Assembly: GCA_036351795.1 (NCBI GenBank)
Contig: JAZBPW010000020.1
Coordinates: forward strand, 1,418 to 65,417
Direction of reading: 5' to 3'
Length of the DNA stretch: 64,000 nt
Origin: Candidatus Zhuqueibacterota bacterium
GTDB lineage: Bacteria > Zhuqueibacterota > Zhuqueibacteria > Thermofontimicrobiales > Thiofontviventaceae
Shown: positions 1 through 10,143 of the stretch, piece after piece
How positions within the stretch are numbered: position 1 is the first letter of the stretch
How the letters are laid out: every line of letters begins with the position of its first letter
Notes under the pieces: model-generated
Databases searched by the model: none
What the model saw: the letters and a program-made list of their open reading frames with translations, nothing else
What the model was told of the DNA's origin: nothing
Position numbers and translations under genes: made by a program

Positions 1-19
1 AATTTCATTTTTTCATCTC

Positions 20-3000
20 TCAATGAAGGATATTCTTGGTTTTTAATGTTTCGACCACTGCTCTGTACACATACGGATTGACCTGATATCCTGTTTCTTT
101 TTGTACCAGAATTCCCATGTTCAACAATCGGTTGAAAAGCAGCATGCTGTGCTGCGCGTCGCAATGAAACAAGGTACTGTGTTCGTTTGCGCAAAGTGTT
201 TCGTGTTGAAGAAAAATGGCCAATGTGTATAGCTCCTCTTGTGGAATCTGATGCATGAAAGAATAATTAAAATCTATATCCGCGTCGATAAATATTGTAT
301 CTGATTCCATTTTTATGATCGCACTCAACCAATATACCATAGCGGCGGATATATTTCCAGATGCCAGGGCGCCAAGCCTCACAAAGAAATATGTTTTCAG
401 GTAATTTTGCCGGTCATCTTCGGTGTCAAGTTTTTTATATTTCCTGGATTTCTTTATCTCATCACTTGCCTCAAACTGGAGTCTGTATCCGCTTATCCGA
501 TGTCTTTTCAAGATGATGTCTTCAATTTCTTCCGGCCGGAACGCCCCCAATTCAATAGTACCAAACATATATTTGGAAATCTGCATCACCCTGTCCAGAT
601 ATCGCCAGCTATACAACGTGCAGGTAAGTATCCAGTAAATCTTATTTTTGGTACGTGAAACCAGCAGCAGGAATTCTTCGAGTATCCTGAATCCACCAAC
701 CCTGCGGAGGAACATGTTCTGAATATCCTCGACAATGATGAATCTTTTTTGATCCTGGGAAAGGATGTGCTCTTCGAACTCATGAAGATTTTTCCACCCT
801 GAATTTTCAAATGCCTGATTGATTTTTTCGATCAGGATATCTTCAGAATGATGAATCATGCCGGATAATTCTATGCGATGGGCTGTATAACCATGGAATA
901 CATTTTTATGTGCAAAATTGAGAAGAGTGGTTCGTCCACTCCCCTTTTCACCAATAATGGAAATGACACCATACTTCCCTTCGCGCCATGAAACAAACTG
1001 ATCTTTGAGAAATTCCATTTCAACGGTGCGTCCATCAAACAGTCGTTCATCGGTGATTGGTTCTATCTTAAAAAGCCTCTGATACACATATGGCAGCTTT
1101 TCTATGCGCTTTGGAATATCACTGACCAGATTTGACAGCCGAATCTGACCCTCGCTTGTCTTTGATTCAAGTCCCAACCTCTTGATGATACTGCTATAGA
1201 AACCCCTGCCCCTCGAGAGGATCCGGTTACCTGCCTTAAGAACAGCAGGAACAGTCAATTTAAACGCGTTCACGATTTTTTGGGCGTAACTCCGTATTTC
1301 CTCTCTTGCCTTTAACTTTGCAATATGAAGCTTGAGTTCAATTATTTTCTCGTTGTTCGCAAGACCATTCAGGTCATCTATCAGATCCTGAGACATTTCT
1401 ACCAGATTCTCTTCTATCACATTAGAAAGCGCCTCTGTCTTCTTAACGAGATCCTCAATCTGCTTCTGAACCAGATCAAATCCTTGAACAATAACCGATT
1501 TAGCAGAAATCAAAACATTCTCTTCTGTGCGGTCTTCAAAAATATTCAGCGCCGATACCAGATTGTAATCGATGATGTAATCCAGTTCTGATATCTGTCT
1601 CAGAATTTCATCTATACTCTGTTTATTATTCTGGTAAAACGCATCGAAACTTACTTCCAGATCCTCAAGATACTCTTCTTGAACTATATCCTTAAATTCG
1701 ACCCGGGATGTTTTAAATTCAGGGAGTGTTGGACGCAAGTCCAGTTCGTTGAAAATGATGTGTTCATCGGACAAAGCATCGGTGGCAAATTTGATCCGGG
1801 ATAGATAATTTTCCAGAGATTTTTCGATCTGAACCTGCGCGATCCTGTCCATCAGCTCTGGCAGTATCTGCCTCCTGAATTTTCGAAACGTTAAACGGTT
1901 CTCTTGAGCTACAAGATTTTTCAAGGTCTCTTCATCATTCACTTCTTCTGCAAGTATTGTTTCTCTGGCATTCGCGATCATCTTCCCGGGTTCATCAAAA
2001 TAATCGAGGACTACTGTATGAACTCTTTTTCTTAGCGGATTGATCGTCTCATACAATATTTTTGAGATTCGAACCTCCAGAAGTATCAACTCCAAATCTT
2101 TCTGTAAATCTTCTTTTTGGCCTTCGAAGAAATCCTCCCACCGAGTTGCAGCACTTTTTATTTTATCACTGAGTTCCCGATGTTTGCAGGCGATCTTCCG
2201 GCTGGAATACTTACGATTGGATAATACGAACGAACCTGAATGCGCGAAAAGCGACAAAGCCCTATCGTAGATCTCTGACAACGCATCCTCAAAGTCCTGA
2301 TCAGGAAGTGAATTGACTCCAATATCCGCTTCAATGTTCACATTATCAAATATCGTGGAGGACGTATCCAGCTGTGCCGATTTGAATGTCAGACACGCTT
2401 CAAAGAGTTTTCCGAATTCTGCGAATCTTTTTGCCACATTGTTCAACTGAACATTATAAGTTTCGAATAACAGTTGTGACACCGGTATTTGATAGTGATA
2501 GGTCAAGAATGATGTTAACGCAACTTTTCGTCCAGGTGTCTGCAGGGATTGTACAGATTTTCCGAATAATTTATAGATGGATTGTTTCAAGTGATGCAGG
2601 CGTCTGGTTAAACCGCATTCTTTTCGTTTCAACAATTTCCATATCCGCACCCTGAAACCATCATCGTTGTTGCTGTCGAAATAGTCCTCTGCGTATTTGA
2701 CGTGAATACTTCCAGGCAGATCGGCTGTCAACATGTCAAAAGTCTGTTCCCATTCTTTACAACACTCGATCATTTTGACAGGTAATATCTCATCTGTCCA
2801 GGCGATCAATTCTTCAACACTCTTCTCCAAATCAGGAATATCGTTCTGTTGACCGGCTTTTCTTATTTTTCCCGTTTTTTCCTGATAATCCGAGAATATA
2901 TTTTGAAAATGATCTACAACGCTTGAATGTATTGCGACCGCCTGACGTCGTGCGTCATTTTGATATCGATACAGGATATCTGAGATATCGATATTCATAC

Positions 3001-3094
3001 CTTTTGGCTCCCCATCATCATAATTTTCCCACCGATCATGAGAAAACGACCTTATGTTTCGATTCGTCTGATCGAGTTTATAAACTGGAATCAC
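20..3094 (-). CDS. Large coiled-coil protein with a C-terminal P-loop NTPase (AAA/ORC-like) domain. The Walker A is deviant, GEKGSGRTT (Arg where Lys is expected), and the Walker B is FIIVEDIQ. The start codon appears to be GTG.
   Basis: 1024-aa ORF. The N-terminal ~650 aa are E/K/L-rich heptad-like (coiled coil). Residues ~690-900 contain 'IIGEKGSGRTTLL' and 'FIIVEDIQNMF'. The C-terminal ~120 aa look like a winged helix. An in-frame TAA lies just upstream of the GTG at 3092-3094. Confidence 0.6.
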   Translation of the reverse strand: MIPVYKLDQTNRNIRSFSHDRWENYDDGEPKGMNIDISDILYRYQNDARRQAVAIHSSVVDHFQNIFSDYQEKTGKIRKAGQQNDIPDLEKSVEELIAWTDEILPVKMIECCKEWEQTFDMLTADLPGSIHVKYAEDYFDSNNDDGFRVRIWKLLKRKECGLTRRLHHLKQSIYKLFGKSVQSLQTPGRKVALTSFLTYHYQIPVSQLLFETYNVQLNNVAKRFAEFGKLFEACLTFKSAQLDTSSTIFDNVNIEADIGVNSLPDQDFEDALSEIYDRALSLFAHSGSFVLSNRKYSSRKIACKHRELSDKIKSAATRWEDFFEGQKEDLQKDLELILLEVRISKILYETINPLRKRVHTVVLDYFDEPGKMIANARETILAEEVNDEETLKNLVAQENRLTFRKFRRQILPELMDRIAQVQIEKSLENYLSRIKFATDALSDEHIIFNELDLRPTLPEFKTSRVEFKDIVQEEYLEDLEVSFDAFYQNNKQSIDEILRQISELDYIIDYNLVSALNIFEDRTEENVLISAKSVIVQGFDLVQKQIEDLVKKTEALSNVIEENLVEMSQDLIDDLNGLANNEKIIELKLHIAKLKAREEIRSYAQKIVNAFKLTVPAVLKAGNRILSRGRGFYSSIIKRLGLESKTSEGQIRLSNLVSDIPKRIEKLPYVYQRLFKIEPITDERLFDGRTVEMEFLKDQFVSWREGKYGVISIIGEKGSGRTTLLNFAHKNVFHGYTAHRIELSGMIHHSEDILIEKINQAFENSGWKNLHEFEEHILSQDQKRFIIVEDIQNMFLRRVGGFRILEEFLLLVSRTKNKIYWILTCTLYSWRYLDRVMQISKYMFGTIELGAFRPEEIEDIILKRHRISGYRLQFEASDEIKKSRKYKKLDTEDDRQNYLKTYFFVRLGALASGNISAAMVYWLSAIIKMESDTIFIDADIDFNYSFMHQIPQEELYTLAIFLQHETLCANEHSTLFHCDAQHSMLLFNRLLNMGILVQKETGYQVNPYVYRAVVETLKTKNILH

Positions 3095-3245
3095 AAATGG
3101 ATAAAAAATAACCGATTGGTATTAGGCAAAGGGTACGCAATAAGAATACCCTGGCTGCCCAATACCAACCGGAGGAACTTCTTCTGTCATCGACTATCTA
3201 TCCTGCGAAACGAATACTCTCCTCAGCAAAGATACCCGACGTATT

Positions 3246-4709
3246 TTACAGCTTCGGATGAATGATCACATCGATGCGGCGGTTTTTTGCGCGACCCTCT
3301 CTGGTCTCATTATTCGCAATGGGCTTGCTTTCGCCAAAACCGACGGACTGAATTCTGGATCCAACCACGCTCATATTCGCCTGAATATACTGGCTGACCG
3401 CATCTGCGCGCGCCTGTGAAAGCTTCATGTTCTGCTGATCACCACCATGGGAGTCGGTATGACCTTCGATGGTGAGTGTGCATTCGGGAAACATGGCTAT
3501 CGCTTCTTTGAGTTTCGCCAGCAGCTCGAAATTCTCCGCTTCGATAATCGACTTGCCAACAGGAAATGTCAATCCGATGAGGCGAACGATAATATCATCG
3601 CCCTTGCGCAACACATTGGCCTGATCCTTGGTGAACAGCTTCTCCAGATTCATGAATTTTTCACGGATCTTTGCCTGTGCTTCGATCTGTTTCGATAGTT
3701 CCGATTTCTCTTTTTCAATACCACCCAGCTTCTCTTCGAGCTCGGATATACGTGAACTCAGTAGCGTCACCTGCCGGTCTCTTTCCGAAAGATCCTGTTC
3801 CAGTGAAGCTGCCTTCTCCTGCAGCGCTGTTATATTGGAAACGATCTCATCGGTGGTTACGTCAAAACCGGTATCAAATGATCCGACGATATCGAATGTT
3901 TCAGCGATCCTGTTCAGAGGTTTTTCTGTGGAAAGGATGTAGTCCTCCAGCATATCCTCGTCATCTCTGATCTCTTTTATTCGATCCGCCAGATATAGCG
4001 CGTGTTTGGTCTCATACTTCGCCTGACGCGACAGGGATAGTGCGACATCTGTGTCATACCGGTTTTCGTTGAGCTCCTTTTCCGCCTTCGTGACAAGCTC
4101 GTTCGCTTTTTGCAGGGTTTTCGGAGCATATTTCTTTACATTCCTGTCATCAGCCTCTTTCAGCAGAGTCCATGTTTCCTTCAGATAGTTCGCCTTGATC
4201 GCTTCGAGTTCAGCCTGGCGAAACAGTGTTTCGGCCTCTCCTGATTTCTTTTTAGCGTTCTTGGTGTCGCCATCCTCAGACTCGCGCGCGGCATCATTGA
4301 AGATCTCGTCTGCTTTGAGCCACAGCTTTTGAGCGAACTCAGGTGCTCCTGCCTCTTTTGCATCGGTGCGTGCCTTGATCGAATTCGACAATGCCACTGT
4401 GGACAATTTTGTTGCCTCGAGAGCAATTTTAACATGGTTGACGCAACCGTTCAATTTCTTTCGGATGTCTTCAAGATTCTTCCCTTTCTCGAAGTCTTCT
4501 TCCGCGTCACGGTAATAATCGAATGCCTTTGAAAAACTTTTCGGCGCCAGAAGATCGGCATTCGCATCTCTGGCCTCATTCAACGCCTCGCTCGCTTCTT
4601 TGAACAGAGACGTCTTGATATCCTGTTGAGAAGATGCTGCCGTGAACCCACCAATCAGAACAGATATCAACAGACATCCCAGTACCGCAATCGTCTTTCT
4701 TTCTCGCAT
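3246..4709 (-). CDS. OmpA/MotB-family protein: signal peptide, long periplasmic coiled-coil region and a C-terminal OmpA-like peptidoglycan-binding domain.
   Basis: N-terminus 'MRERKTIAVLGCLLISVLIGGFTAASS' (signal peptide). C-terminus '...TIEGHTDSHGGDQQNMKLSQARADAV...NRRIDVII' (OmpA C-terminal motif). Confidence 0.8.
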   Translation of the reverse strand: MRERKTIAVLGCLLISVLIGGFTAASSQQDIKTSLFKEASEALNEARDANADLLAPKSFSKAFDYYRDAEEDFEKGKNLEDIRKKLNGCVNHVKIALEATKLSTVALSNSIKARTDAKEAGAPEFAQKLWLKADEIFNDAARESEDGDTKNAKKKSGEAETLFRQAELEAIKANYLKETWTLLKEADDRNVKKYAPKTLQKANELVTKAEKELNENRYDTDVALSLSRQAKYETKHALYLADRIKEIRDDEDMLEDYILSTEKPLNRIAETFDIVGSFDTGFDVTTDEIVSNITALQEKAASLEQDLSERDRQVTLLSSRISELEEKLGGIEKEKSELSKQIEAQAKIREKFMNLEKLFTKDQANVLRKGDDIIVRLIGLTFPVGKSIIEAENFELLAKLKEAIAMFPECTLTIEGHTDSHGGDQQNMKLSQARADAVSQYIQANMSVVGSRIQSVGFGESKPIANNETREGRAKNRRIDVIIHPKL

Positions 4710-4784
4710 GAAATCCTCCTTGTTTAAGTTCAGAAAAACGGTTTATATAGATTTATTTACGTTCATGCTTCGACCATTTACAGA

Positions 4785-5744
4785 TCAGTGTCGCGCGAAA
4801 ATGAATATCACATACAGGAAATAGATCACAAGGAACACATATCCGTTCCACTTTTCAATCCTGTGCCGCCCACCCAGATAAATAAAACAGAACAGCATGA
4901 TACTCGCCAGAATGACAAAGCCAATATCGAAATTGCTCGATGTGCTGAAAGGCATTGGACGAATCATCGCGCTTGTTCCGAGCACGAGAAATATATTGAA
5001 TATATTTGATCCGACAATCGTTCCCATGGCTATTTCAGGCTTTTTCCGGTAAGCAGCCATTAATGCCGTTACCAGTTCCGGTAACGATGTACCAAAAGCG
5101 ACCACCGAAAGGCCGATATTCGTCTCATTCACACCCAGTTTCATCGCGAGAAATACGGCACCGTCGATGACCCATTTTGCCCCCAGCGTTAATCCGACCA
5201 ATCCCGAAAGTAACAGTAGCATCGATTTAATCAGTCCATAGTCACCGTGAGTGGAATGATCATTAAACCCATTCGCCTTTTTCGCGATCGAAAAATAGTA
5301 ATACATGAAACGCAGAAATGACAGAAACAGGATCATACCATCACTGCGGCTCAATATCGATGCTGGCGCTTTGTCTATCAATGTATCATTGACCAAAATC
5401 CCCAGAATCACAGCGGCAAATACACTGATAGGGATTTCCCTGCGTACGGTACCCGGAGGTATGGTGATGGGAATAATGATCGCCGCGGCACCGAGCACCA
5501 GAAAAATATTGGCAATATTGCTTCCCAGTACCGTACCAAACGCGATTTCGGAACTTCCCTTAATACTGGCCAGCACATTGATGAAGAGTTCAGGTGCAGA
5601 TGTACCGAGCGCAATAATCGTCAATCCAACCACAATTTCCGAGATGTTCAATTTCTGAGCAATGGAGGAGCCGCCTTTTACGACCCAGTCCGCTCCTTTA
5701 AATATGAAGAAAAAGCCGACAAGAAGAAAAATAGTTGTTAGCAT
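4785..5744 (-). CDS. yrbG: CaCA-family cation/Ca2+ antiporter (YrbG-like Na+/Ca2+ exchanger).
   Basis: Two alpha-repeats, 'GTSAPELFINVLA' and 'GTSLPELVTALMAA', in a 319-aa polytopic membrane protein. Confidence 0.85.
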   Translation of the reverse strand: MLTTIFLLVGFFFIFKGADWVVKGGSSIAQKLNISEIVVGLTIIALGTSAPELFINVLASIKGSSEIAFGTVLGSNIANIFLVLGAAAIIIPITIPPGTVRREIPISVFAAVILGILVNDTLIDKAPASILSRSDGMILFLSFLRFMYYYFSIAKKANGFNDHSTHGDYGLIKSMLLLLSGLVGLTLGAKWVIDGAVFLAMKLGVNETNIGLSVVAFGTSLPELVTALMAAYRKKPEIAMGTIVGSNIFNIFLVLGTSAMIRPMPFSTSSNFDIGFVILASIMLFCFIYLGGRHRIEKWNGYVFLVIYFLYVIFIFARH

Positions 5745-5754
5745 GGATGCAATA

Positions 5755-5803
5755 CCTGTGAAGAAAAAAGTGATGCCGCTGTTCGACGTTTTCGAACGGC
5801 GGC
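5755..5803 (-). terminator. Probable intrinsic terminator of the CydA-like/cytochrome c gene.
   Basis: A 12-bp stem with one G-U pair (gccgctgttcga / tcgaacggcggc), followed on the minus strand by 'atcacttttttcttca', 40-90 nt after the stop at 5846. Confidence 0.4.
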
Positions 5804-5845
5804 ATTACTAATTATAGCAAAAATTATGCTAAAATGCAATAATTT

Positions 5846-8500
5846 TCAATGGACAGGATTTCGCATAACACGCATCATATTCTCGTGATGGATTGGATCT
5901 TCCATTTTGATGATATGACATGCCTCGCATTTCATGTTCGCCCCGATCGGATAGGGGTGTCCGGTATATTGAAGGGGCTGGATATTGTCATGCAGCGGAC
6001 TGTACGCATTACTGGCCGGATATTCCGCATGCGTCGACCCGTGACACGCGGGACAGCGTATACCGGCATTGTCCGTGCGAATACGGTACAATTCTTCCGG
6101 ACCCTCTGTCCATTGATTGTATCCCGATGCGCCGGGTTCAGGTTTCTCGAAATCTACGTGACAATTGAGGCAATCCGGCTCCTTGAGCCACGGTATTCTC
6201 GGATTGATCTCATCCACGGATTCCACCTGCTTAGAGGTCAAATTTGCCATCAGCCTCTTCGCCGACGGTTTCGCCTCCTCTCCCCGTAGCAGACCGAGCG
6301 CGTGCTCCTGAAGCGTCCCGTGACAATCGATGCATGTGACATCCACCTTGCTGTGAATACCGCGGGCGCATCTCGTGTTTCCTTTCAGATTGGCGGGATG
6401 GCACATGGCGCAGGCTGCGGCGCCGTCAAACACCATATAGTTTGCGTGCCAGCCATGCATAGCCGCTGAAAAATTCAGCACATCCGGTTTTCCCTCGGCG
6501 CCGACAGCCGGATCCGCATGGCATTCCTGACACAGCCTGGGCTTGCCATCTTCCGCCTGAGCGAGCAGATCGGTTCCATTGATCCTGTCGTGAACTTCCA
6601 GAATACGTATCGCAGTCTCATCGGTCATGCCGGAAACACCTTTCCATCGCCACTCGCCGCCGTGACAATTCCGACATCCGAATTCGGTGGACACAGGCGC
6701 CACCACTCTGGTACTCGCCAGGATCTCTCCGCTTTCCGCATCTTTCGCTTCGATGGTGAATGCGGGGAATGGATTGTATGCACCCTCATCCGGATATGGG
6801 ACGACAGGAATCATCTTTGCGATGAAACCACCCAGATCATCCTCCCAGACCATATCACCGTTCATTCCCAATCCGCCCAGACCGACATTCTCTTCCAGCT
6901 GCACACCGAATGTAAGTTTGCTGTATTTCCAGAAATCGACATGCGCCGAAGGATTCTCAAAGCCCTTTTGCACGGCATAGCTGAGCTGGACTCCATCTGA
7001 CACGATCTCGGGAACCGGTCCGCGCTTGATCAGCTGCGCCTCAATCGTGTTGGCAGGCGGCAGGATCACGAACCATGCATCCGCATCAGAAAGGCAATGC
7101 ATACCCAGATCGTTCCATGCGAGCAGGAGATATTGATCCTTTTTCTTGTTGTACGCCGGAATATCAACATCCTCCCACGGGTGCAGTGCATATGGTTCCG
7201 GCTCTTCTAAAATGGCATTGTCGTTGAGTTCAGTAACAATGTAGGATGCCAGGGCCTTTCTTTCAGCCGCAGTTCCCATAAATGGCGGCATATAAGTCAT
7301 GACTTTTCCCTGGCCGTCCAACAGCGCCATGATTCCCATGTAGGGATATTCCACGGTTCTGGCGACAATATCATTCCGGATGCCGTTGACCGTATGACAG
7401 CTGAGGCACTGTAGATTGAACAGCTCCCTGCCGGCTTCGACTTGATTTTCCGGCGTGATCGCTTTCACGGCTGACCACCTGGCATGGGTCAACACACCCT
7501 CTGTGTCCAATAAGCTGACATCTGACTGTTTGACTGACGTGGAATACATGAACTGATTGATCACATACGGCTTTCGTGCGATTTCACGAAGATATTCAAA
7601 ACCACCCATCCACAGCAATCCAATAATCACGAGTACAAAAGTGACCGCTTTTTGTACAGATGGTCTCGATTTGACCGAAAAATATATACCAGCCAGAAAG
7701 ATCAAAACAGATGCCACGAATAGTATGATGACAAAAGGCCCGGTCTGCGGATTGAGTGAAAAAGCGGTCTGCCGGATATCCGCCGGAACTGCGAAATAGT
7801 ACCAGATTCCGAACAAGACCACTCCAGCCATGGGATATAGAAGCCATTTGCTGCAATATTTTAACATCTGGTCTCTGAAATCTCCGGTTTTCAAAAATAC
7901 GACCGTGACATAGCCGAAAAGTCCGGCGATCATCGCCGCGACACTCGACCGGAAAAACAGTGACGGGAAATAGGTGGGATTGAAAAAACCATCCCAGAAA
8001 TTCTGCGTCTTCAACCACTGTCCGGGGGTAAGCATGAAACTCAGAATACCATTGATGATCACGAGGCTCAGCCACGCGAAGAGGAAGTACAGAAACGCGA
8101 TGAGAAGACGGTTCTTTCGTCCAAGTTTATCAAACTGATAGTGATAAACGAGCAGTGCTGTGATTTCACCAAGAAAGAACACCCACTCAATCGCCCAGCC
8201 GAAGACAAACGCGTGGATCAGGCTGGATGTTGCCGCCGGTTGTACGAGTGCGATGATGAACCAGATACCGACGCCTGTGAGTCCGCCGAATACCATTGTC
8301 AGTAGAAGAAAAAACCAGGTATGCTTGCGTACGTAATCATGAATTGCTGGATTATTATCCCGGAATCCCTTGAGATCAGTCAGCCAGAGAAATGCACCGC
8401 CACCGACAGCGAGGTGTGAGATATAGACGTGCAAAACAGAAATCAGTGCGATCAGGCTGCCGCCCCCGAACGTAGTTATTTCCCAGATTGGATAATTCAT
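5846..8500 (-). CDS. Fusion protein. The N-terminal polytopic domain is homologous to cytochrome bd quinol oxidase subunit I (CydA). The C-terminal ~520 aa is a periplasmic octahaem c-type cytochrome.
   Basis: CydA-like segments: 'AFVFGWAIEWVFFLGE...YHYQFDKLGRKNRLL...WLSLVIINGILSFMLTPGQW' (compare E. coli CydA 'ESTFVGLFFFGWDRLGK...LSALWILVANGWMQNP'). Eight CxxCH motifs: CLSCH, CRNCH, CQECH, CAMCH, CIDCH, CLNCH, CPACH, CEACH. A strong SD (aaggagg) precedes the start, and the ATGA overlaps the upstream gene's stop. Confidence 0.75.
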   Translation of the reverse strand: MNYPIWEITTFGGGSLIALISVLHVYISHLAVGGGAFLWLTDLKGFRDNNPAIHDYVRKHTWFFLLLTMVFGGLTGVGIWFIIALVQPAATSSLIHAFVFGWAIEWVFFLGEITALLVYHYQFDKLGRKNRLLIAFLYFLFAWLSLVIINGILSFMLTPGQWLKTQNFWDGFFNPTYFPSLFFRSSVAAMIAGLFGYVTVVFLKTGDFRDQMLKYCSKWLLYPMAGVVLFGIWYYFAVPADIRQTAFSLNPQTGPFVIILFVASVLIFLAGIYFSVKSRPSVQKAVTFVLVIIGLLWMGGFEYLREIARKPYVINQFMYSTSVKQSDVSLLDTEGVLTHARWSAVKAITPENQVEAGRELFNLQCLSCHTVNGIRNDIVARTVEYPYMGIMALLDGQGKVMTYMPPFMGTAAERKALASYIVTELNDNAILEEPEPYALHPWEDVDIPAYNKKKDQYLLLAWNDLGMHCLSDADAWFVILPPANTIEAQLIKRGPVPEIVSDGVQLSYAVQKGFENPSAHVDFWKYSKLTFGVQLEENVGLGGLGMNGDMVWEDDLGGFIAKMIPVVPYPDEGAYNPFPAFTIEAKDAESGEILASTRVVAPVSTEFGCRNCHGGEWRWKGVSGMTDETAIRILEVHDRINGTDLLAQAEDGKPRLCQECHADPAVGAEGKPDVLNFSAAMHGWHANYMVFDGAAACAMCHPANLKGNTRCARGIHSKVDVTCIDCHGTLQEHALGLLRGEEAKPSAKRLMANLTSKQVESVDEINPRIPWLKEPDCLNCHVDFEKPEPGASGYNQWTEGPEELYRIRTDNAGIRCPACHGSTHAEYPASNAYSPLHDNIQPLQYTGHPYPIGANMKCEACHIIKMEDPIHHENMMRVMRNPVH

Positions 8501-9579
8501 CAGACAGTCCTCCTTTCCGCGACCTGGTTTGCGATTTTAAGCATAATCCACACAGAGACCAGTCCGATGGCGAACACGATAAAGAAGAGTGCCATCACAC
8601 CATATTGAGGCGATAGCTGTAGATCATTGAGACTGAAGACATCGCTCAGATACAATGAGCGAAGGTTGGCTCGCGTGATCACCATTGCGGCGACAACAGC
8701 AACAAGATGAATTACCGAAGGTATCAACTTGCCCAGGAATGCGGAAATGATCGCTCCGATTGCCAGTAAAATACCCGCAAACAGCACAATCGTATAGAAC
8801 AAGTTTCGCCCCATGAATGCCAGGATAAAATCAGAAGGTATCGCCAGAAGAAACCAGAATCCGATGACAACCTGGACACAGGTGGCAATCGCGAATATTT
8901 TTAATCCGCTATTAATCTTGTCCTCCATTCCTTTCGTCCCTCTCCTGTCACGAATGTACCAGACAATTGACATCAGCATTCCTGCCACTGCCACTGATGC
9001 GACGATGAAGTGAAGGTAGCGCGGCAAAAATGTAGCGTCACTTACGTTGAGTATTGTGCCACTTCGGTTGGTAAAATAGGCCGACCACTTTTCCGGCTGT
9101 ACCATCAGCGTCATGTTATTCGTGAATACAAATGCGATGTAGAGCACGATTGCGCTCATTGCGAGGAGCGAGGCCATAGACAGCGTTTTCGATGCGCTGT
9201 ACTTTTTAACATGAATATAAGCAGCGTAATACGCGATAATGAGAAGCGGAATAATCGATATCCAGAACACCGCCATGAAGATAGAACTCGAATAGATGAA
9301 ATGTCCGTATAGAACCTGAACAAACAGCAAAGGAGCCACTCCGAAATTGATGGCGAGAGCGAAAGTGGTTGGAATTTTTCCCGCAATGGTACCATTCATC
9401 GACTGGTCCAAAGTTTCATCTTTTCGGGTCAATCTTGAGAAGAGCATGATCAGGCTGCCGCCAATCACCACATTGACGAACAGAATATGGATCATGAACG
9501 TGAAAATGTTCAACACCTGAAATAGCCAGGCCGGAGCCGGTATCGTATCAGGTGCAGGAATCAGTGATGTTGGGTCCAT
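8500..9579 (-). CDS. Short CydA-like (cytochrome bd subunit I family) membrane protein, translationally coupled to the downstream CydA-octahaem fusion.
   Basis: 'FTFMIHILFVNVVIGGSLIML' aligns with the CydA haem b558 His region 'ALTAMYHFLFVPLTLG'. It is a 359-aa protein with ~8 TM helices. Its stop overlaps the next start (ATGA). Confidence 0.6.
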   Translation of the reverse strand: MDPTSLIPAPDTIPAPAWLFQVLNIFTFMIHILFVNVVIGGSLIMLFSRLTRKDETLDQSMNGTIAGKIPTTFALAINFGVAPLLFVQVLYGHFIYSSSIFMAVFWISIIPLLIIAYYAAYIHVKKYSASKTLSMASLLAMSAIVLYIAFVFTNNMTLMVQPEKWSAYFTNRSGTILNVSDATFLPRYLHFIVASVAVAGMLMSIVWYIRDRRGTKGMEDKINSGLKIFAIATCVQVVIGFWFLLAIPSDFILAFMGRNLFYTIVLFAGILLAIGAIISAFLGKLIPSVIHLVAVVAAMVITRANLRSLYLSDVFSLNDLQLSPQYGVMALFFIVFAIGLVSVWIMLKIANQVAERRTV

Positions 9580-9624
9580 AATGAACTCCTTTTCATGAAT
9601 AAATTGATGAGCTCTTGTTCTGTT

Positions 9625-10098
9625 CTAGTTCGTTTTTTCCGTGACTCGGCTGTACATATCTCTGAATGATGCATGATTTCTCTTCAACAAAATGATTGAA
9701 AGCACGAAAATGAAAATAAGTGCGCCAAGGATTCCGATCTCTATCATGTGATATTTGAATTTATCCAGCATATAGGCGCTCTCGACACTGATGACCAGTA
9801 TTCGTCTCACAGCGGCGATCATGGCAACGACAAGAAATGGCTCTGCACAAAGAGCATGGGATTGAATCGAGACACGTACCGTATAGAGTATCTCGACAAC
9901 CATGATCGTGAGCAGTATCCGGTCGATCACATGCAGCGCAGCCTTGATATAATCTCCGTCTCGGAATTCCATGACCAGAGTCTGCATTGCCGTGAAAAGC
10001 AGGAACAGCCCCGTCAGTATCAGTAAAATACCCACAATGCCGTAAATGACATCTTCACTCGATTTGAATATCTTATCCAGCAATTCCAGAGATTTCAT
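9625..10098 (-). CDS. psiE: PsiE-family (phosphate-starvation-inducible E) membrane protein.
   Basis: 157 aa with 4 TM helices, and overall resemblance to PsiE ('...LHVIDRILLTIMVVEI...'). Confidence 0.65.
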   Translation of the reverse strand: MKSLELLDKIFKSSEDVIYGIVGILLILTGLFLLFTAMQTLVMEFRDGDYIKAALHVIDRILLTIMVVEILYTVRVSIQSHALCAEPFLVVAMIAAVRRILVISVESAYMLDKFKYHMIEIGILGALIFIFVLSIILLKRNHASFRDMYSRVTEKTN

Positions 10099-10143
10099 AA
10101 ATCAAACCTCATGCCTGGGTTCCTAGAAAGTTGTCTGATTCCG

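Noticed and set aside
5811-5839. A TTGCAT-17-TATAAT promoter-like match on the minus strand between the cytochrome gene stop and its terminator hairpin.
   Set aside because: It lies upstream of the hairpin plus U-tract, so a transcript starting there would be terminated at once. The region is AT-rich and the match is probably chance. It is kept only as a possible attenuated leader for the CaCA gene.
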